Assembly: GCA_973895155.1 (NCBI GenBank)
Contig: OZ316899.1
Span: 13,333,934-13,397,933 of the forward strand
Source of the DNA: Marsupella aquatica
Lineage: Eukaryota; Plantae; Marchantiophyta
DNA length: 64,000 bases
Direction of reading: 5' to 3'
This document shows, piece by piece, positions 59,290 to 64,000 of this stretch (the stretch's first letter is position 1; each line of letters begins with the position of its first letter). Made by a program: the position numbers and the translations under genes. The notes under the pieces were generated by a model. The model did no database searches. It was not told the DNA's origin and was given only the letters and a program-made list of their open reading frames with translations.

Positions 59290-59935
59290 TGGATGTCAAG
59301 TCCTTCCTTGAGTACTTGCAGTCATTCCCCCAGCCAGTACTTAAAGCCCTTTCCACAAGGATTTGGAGTCATTCCACAACGACCCAGAGTTGTTCCAGGA
59401 CTTTGAGTCCTTCAAAATCCTTCGATAAGGACTCAAACTCCTTTGGAGTCCTCCCACGAGGACGCGGGGTTCTTGCCCAAGGACCCGGAGTCCTTTCGAG
59501 TCCTTTGAAGTCCTTGCCCAAGGATTCTAAGTCCGTTCCCAAGGACTCAGAGTCCTTCCACGCGGACTCAGAGTCTTTTCCCAAGACTCTGACTCCTTCC
59601 ATGAGGACTCTGACTCCTTGCCCGAGGACTCTGAGTCCTGCCCGAAGACAACTCATAGTCCTTTCCCCAAGACTGGCAACCCTTGCCCAAGGACTCGTGG
59701 TCCAATCCTTGCCTGAGGACCTCCAACTCCTTGCCCAAGGACTCCAAGTCCTTCAAAGTCCTTCCACGAGAACTTGGGGTCCTTCAGAGTCCTTTGACAA
59801 GGACTCAGTCCTGGACCAAGGACTCTATCATTGACTCTACCAAGACCCTAAGGACTGAAGCTCTTGCCCATAGACTTCAAGTCCTTAGGCTAGGACTTGG
59901 GTCCTATAAAGGACATGAACTCCTCAGGCCTTGCT
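59290..59935. repeat. Second AGGACT/AGTCCT-rich array (~21-bp units)
   Basis: AAGGACTCnGAGTCCTT palindromic units read directly. Confidence 0.85.
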
Positions 59936-59964
59936 GTCCAAGCTAATTTCAAACAAAATAGTCA

Positions 59965-61848
59965 AGACATAAATATCTTGGTGCACCATTTGGGGTGGGC
60001 TTGAGCACGGAACAACTGCACAAATTCTGCCTCGACAAAATTTGTGCCAGGCTTGCTATTTGGTCCAACAAGTTGCTTTCCTTTACTGGCCGATCATTAC
60101 TAGTTAAACAGGTACTGCTTGCTATTCCGATCTACCATGTAATGTATTGCAAGGCGTCTGCTGGTCTAGCCAAGAAGCTTATTGCTCTCAGTAGAGATTT
60201 TCTATGGGGATACAACGACTCAGGAGGGAAGAAAGTTCCGTTGGTGGCTTGGGACAGGATGGCACTGCCACGAGTGGAGGGGGGACTGGGATTTTGGGAT
60301 TTCCGCAGCCACTCTGATGCCCTGCTCTCTCAATGGTTCACTAAGGCACTGAATCGCCTGAACAGGAATGGTCCAACATGTTGGCGGCCAATCTGGGATT
60401 GTTGGGGTGGATGAACTACAAGGTTATTAGGAGAAATGGTTACTCCTTCCAGGACTAGTTGCTTTTATGTACACCTCGTTCCTTTAGTGGGCTTTCCTAC
60501 ACTACGGGTCTCTAGTGATGCTAGGAGCTAGTGAGAGCTCATCTATCCTTTGAGCCTGGTCAGGGGGGGTTGCCTACCCGGTGGAGCATCACTGACACAC
60601 TCAGATGCATGGTGGGCTTTCATTCTCTTCCTAATTTGGCCATTACGGACATTGCAACGATCTGTGGCCGGCTGGGAATGAGATCGATTGGTGATGGTTG
60701 GTCGGCGGAGGAAGGATGTTGGAAGGACCTCCCGCTTAGATGGAGCAACATGCGTGGCTTCTCTGCAGAGCATCGATTGCTTGCACGGAAGTTCTTGGAA
60801 AGGATATGGAGCGCTTCACACTGCCGTCAGAGTACTTCCTGTATGCCAAACAGTGGAGGTGGACAGATAGACCTGAACCATTGAAGGATTTCAGAATTCA
60901 GAACTGCAGAGTGTATGACTTCCTGCGGCCCACGGCCTCAAATCACGAATGCCTGAATAGGATCTGGTCTCTTACCCGAGAGGAGAGAGGATGGAATGAG
61001 AGTTGGTCCAGATTGCGGAGATCGGATTTACCAACCAAAGGCAAGACCTTTATATGGAGGATCATTGTGGGGGACTTGTTCACTGGGGCCCGTGCGCTTA
61101 GATTAGAGGTGAGCAACAGTGACTGCAAGTTGTGCAATGGACGGCTAGAAACCATCCCTCACCTTTTTTTCCAATGTGCACATGTTGCCTGCTGCTGACG
61201 TCTCTGTTTGACCTCGTTGAGTGTGCTGGATATGCCAATTGGACAAGGGCTGATGGCCCTTTTAGATGCAGCCTATGGAAGGGAGCCGATCCGAGTGGCG
61301 CAACTTTTTGTCCTGCACCAGATTCTCTGGAGGCTCTGGATTGGGAGAAACACTCACATGTTTCAGACGGGGGCGGGAGACGTGTGTTTGACCTGGGACT
61401 TGTCCTGTCGGAGGCAGTGGAGAACTTATTTGCTGCTGGTCGGCGTTGCCCCCGGGGTAGGAAGTGCACTCGCTTGCTACGAGCCAAATCATGTATCGAT
61501 GGGCTTTGCAGGAGCTGGCTTGGCAGTGGGGGGATCAGTTTCACTTCTGTTGGGTGACTCTGATTTTGCAGTGATGTTTGAACATTGAGACCAATGAATG
61601 TATGGTTCTAGGGGCATTGATGCCCTTAGGCTGGTTGTGAGATTGTGTGGTCTGTGTTTGGGTTGCTGGCCATCCTCTTTTGCTGTTAGGTGTCTCCGGG
61701 GAGGTTAATTCCTTGCCTGAGGTGGGATTGGGTTGGATTTTTTAGGTTTGGTCCTATGTTCTATCTTGGCTGCCTCCCGTGAAATCTGATCTGTTTGTGC
61801 GCCCTCCCTGTGGGGCTTTTTGCGGGGGAACTGAACCAATTTATAAAA
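59965..61848 (+). mobile_element. 5'-truncated L1-type LINE (RT thumb and zf-RVT), degenerate
   Basis: KYLGAPFG..LSFTGRSLLVKQVL..VAWDRMALPRVEGGLG and CKLC..ETIPHLFFQC motifs; short A-rich 3' end. Confidence 0.9.
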
Positions 61849-62042
61849 TGGCTACCATTCCAAGGAAGACATAAAGGGAAACGGTTTGAGATAGAAAACC
61901 AAAAGTTACCTGCTTGATTGTTTAGACTCCGTTCATAGCTTTGGCTCTTGTTTTCCGCCCTGATTTTATCTGCTACGTGACATGAAATAATATTCTATGT
62001 TATTCAGTTCATAGTACCCAAAAAACCCTCAGATTGCATTTG

Positions 62043-63560
62043 CTATGGGTCTCTTACAAGAAGCTGCAATCGTTTCTTGGAGTTCGAGCACTTGGGAGGA
62101 AGAACAAGGGATTCAGTTGTACTACTGGACCGTGGAGGTGTTTCTCCTGCTTCAGTTTGAACAAGGCTCAACAGTTGCCTGAATGAAACACGAGACACAA
62201 ACTCAGGAGTAAAGGGTAAGGTGCCAAGCTCAAGAGGTGTCAATGGGGTACTGGTCACCTTGCTAGCTAATTCACTCTCCTGCTTCTGTTTCTTCCTCAC
62301 ATGCAGTTCATTGGTCAATGTGGGATCCAACGCTGGCATTTCAGGAGAGTCATCCTCATGAGCACCCTGTTCATGCACATAAATAGTGTGGTTCACATTG
62401 CACAACCGCACAACTTGGACTTGGGCTTCTTCCTGCACACACAAATGAAGACATAATGTACTACATGGCCCAAAACCGGAACCTTAGAAACCAAATACCA
62501 ATGAAAACATGACAGTGTGCCTCTACATACCAGAGCTTGCGTGGACTGCATTTGTTGCACAAGGTGACGACGTCTGCCCAAGCAGGCACTGTTTACCCTG
62601 TATGTTCCCTTCATCTCTTGAATATAGCCCACCTTCACCCGATGGCAACTTGTCCTGCCCTATGTTTGGAAGACCGCAACTTCAAACCCAATCTTCCAAA
62701 AAGGGTTTCAATTCCCACATGCAAAGCAACAGGGTGCTCTTGTTTTATCCCCCAACAATGTAAATAAACAATGTGGATGATACATGTGGCCACAACTTGC
62801 TGAAACCCTTGCTGGAACCCAGTTGAAACAATGGTACCCGTGGCAACAAATTGGACAATTACTCACAAGCACTTATGTTCCCACTATTGCAGTTGATGTG
62901 GGAACAAAGCGAGGTTGCATCATTGGACATGGATTGGACAAAAGAGACTCCAAAATAACCAGTTCAGACTTTTGAGCTGCTACAGACAACTCAAGGGGCT
63001 TCAAATCTGCTTCCAACTGTGACTCCACAACTTTTAGACGAGCAACCTTCTCTGGTACCCGTTCAAAGCGCTTGTTGTTGGTATCTATGAGCTTGTCAAA
63101 TGTTGCCATCCCCTTCGAAATAGACGATTCATTGTTCTTCAACGCCTCCATGTCCTTGTTACCATCCTCCAACTTCTGCCGTAAGATAACAATGTAGCTA
63201 TCCTGCCCCCCAGAAAAGAAAACAGCACATGGCAACATTATTTTGCAGTTCATTGTGCATCAATGCCTCGTCCTGCCAAACCGAATCCAACCACCCAACA
63301 AAACATACATAGCCTACAGGTATTTTGAGCAGCACAAGGACAGGCCTATGGTCTGACAAGCAATATACCTCCTTGTCTTGCTCTCCCTTCAACTCCTTGA
63401 GCTCCATTTCTATTGACAAGTCATCATGTAGGGTGTCCCTTGCCTGCATTTTGCTTCTCACCTCACCCAAGTCTTCCTCTAGTTTGTTACATTGCTCTTG
63501 AATGACAGAGATGACTGCTGGATGATCCCATTTTGACCCCTCCAAGCTTTCCACAGTCTT
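62043..63560 (-). pseudogene. Coiled-coil plus RING-H2 protein relic
   Basis: 62717-62857 translates to CPIC..CGHMYHPHC..CFAC (C3H2C3), in frame with coiled-coil ORF 62873..63253 across one TAA. Confidence 0.65.
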
Positions 63561-64000
63561 CTGAACCGCACTGATGCGCTACGAGTCTCTTTTAGACTAC
63601 ATTCAATCGTGACAATTTGCCCATCCAGAATGGACAACAAAAGACTTCTTGGCAATGCAGGGAGAACAGGAGCCTCTTAGTAGGGAGAAGCTTTATATGG
63701 GGGACACAAAGGGCCGCAGCTTCCAATGGTTTGGGATGTGGGCTCCCCTTGCTACAAGAATCCACTATCCCTGGGCAAGCTTTGTCCCTCGCCATTTCAT
63801 TCTTGGTAGAAATCCGTGGGACGGGCTGTGGGAGATGCATTGAAGGGTCATCCACAAGCCACTTGTGGAATGGCAAAAAGGAGCATTGGAGTGAAAATGG
63901 CAGATTTTCAAACATTTAAACCTTACTTGAAGCTTCTTTTGGTCTATCTGTCACCCCTTAATCCATTTTAAGCCTCAAAGAAATGTTTTGGAGAAAGTTA

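Overview
This is eukaryotic plant DNA made almost entirely of nested transposable elements, with no intact host gene. The element mix and a captured RPL18a exon suggest a non-seed land plant such as a liverwort; that is inference only. In order: (1) an old minus-strand Copia remnant with PBS-Met and a 1.8-kb LTR; (2) a Helitron 3' end and a PIF/Harbinger remnant; (3) a very young intact Bianca-type Copia (7650-13166, 186-bp LTRs, TSD CTTTA) with an unusual ~90-aa insert in RT; (4) a P-element-like transposase gene (~15.8-46.1 kb, minus) split by a Ty3/gypsy element (16753-24297, 4-bp TSD CCGG) and an 18.2-kb CACTA/EnSpm element (26333-44553, TIR CACTAGAAGAA, TSD AGC); (5) a decayed Sola2-like element, a TA-flanked MITE, RPA-like and RING-H2 gene relics, and a 5'-truncated L1 LINE. 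The best candidate for a new system is the CACTA element. Besides TnpD and TnpA it carries co-oriented compact accessory genes: a tandem Pol-lambda-type BRCT protein, an EDM2-type PHD-only protein whose N-terminus (ARPKIQAKK) registers with the histone H3 tail at K4 and K9, and a Cys/His-rich ORF. TnpA also has GW-rich exons. Together these suggest a transposon-encoded chromatin, anti-silencing and repair toolkit. All family calls come from motif recognition by eye; no database search was run.
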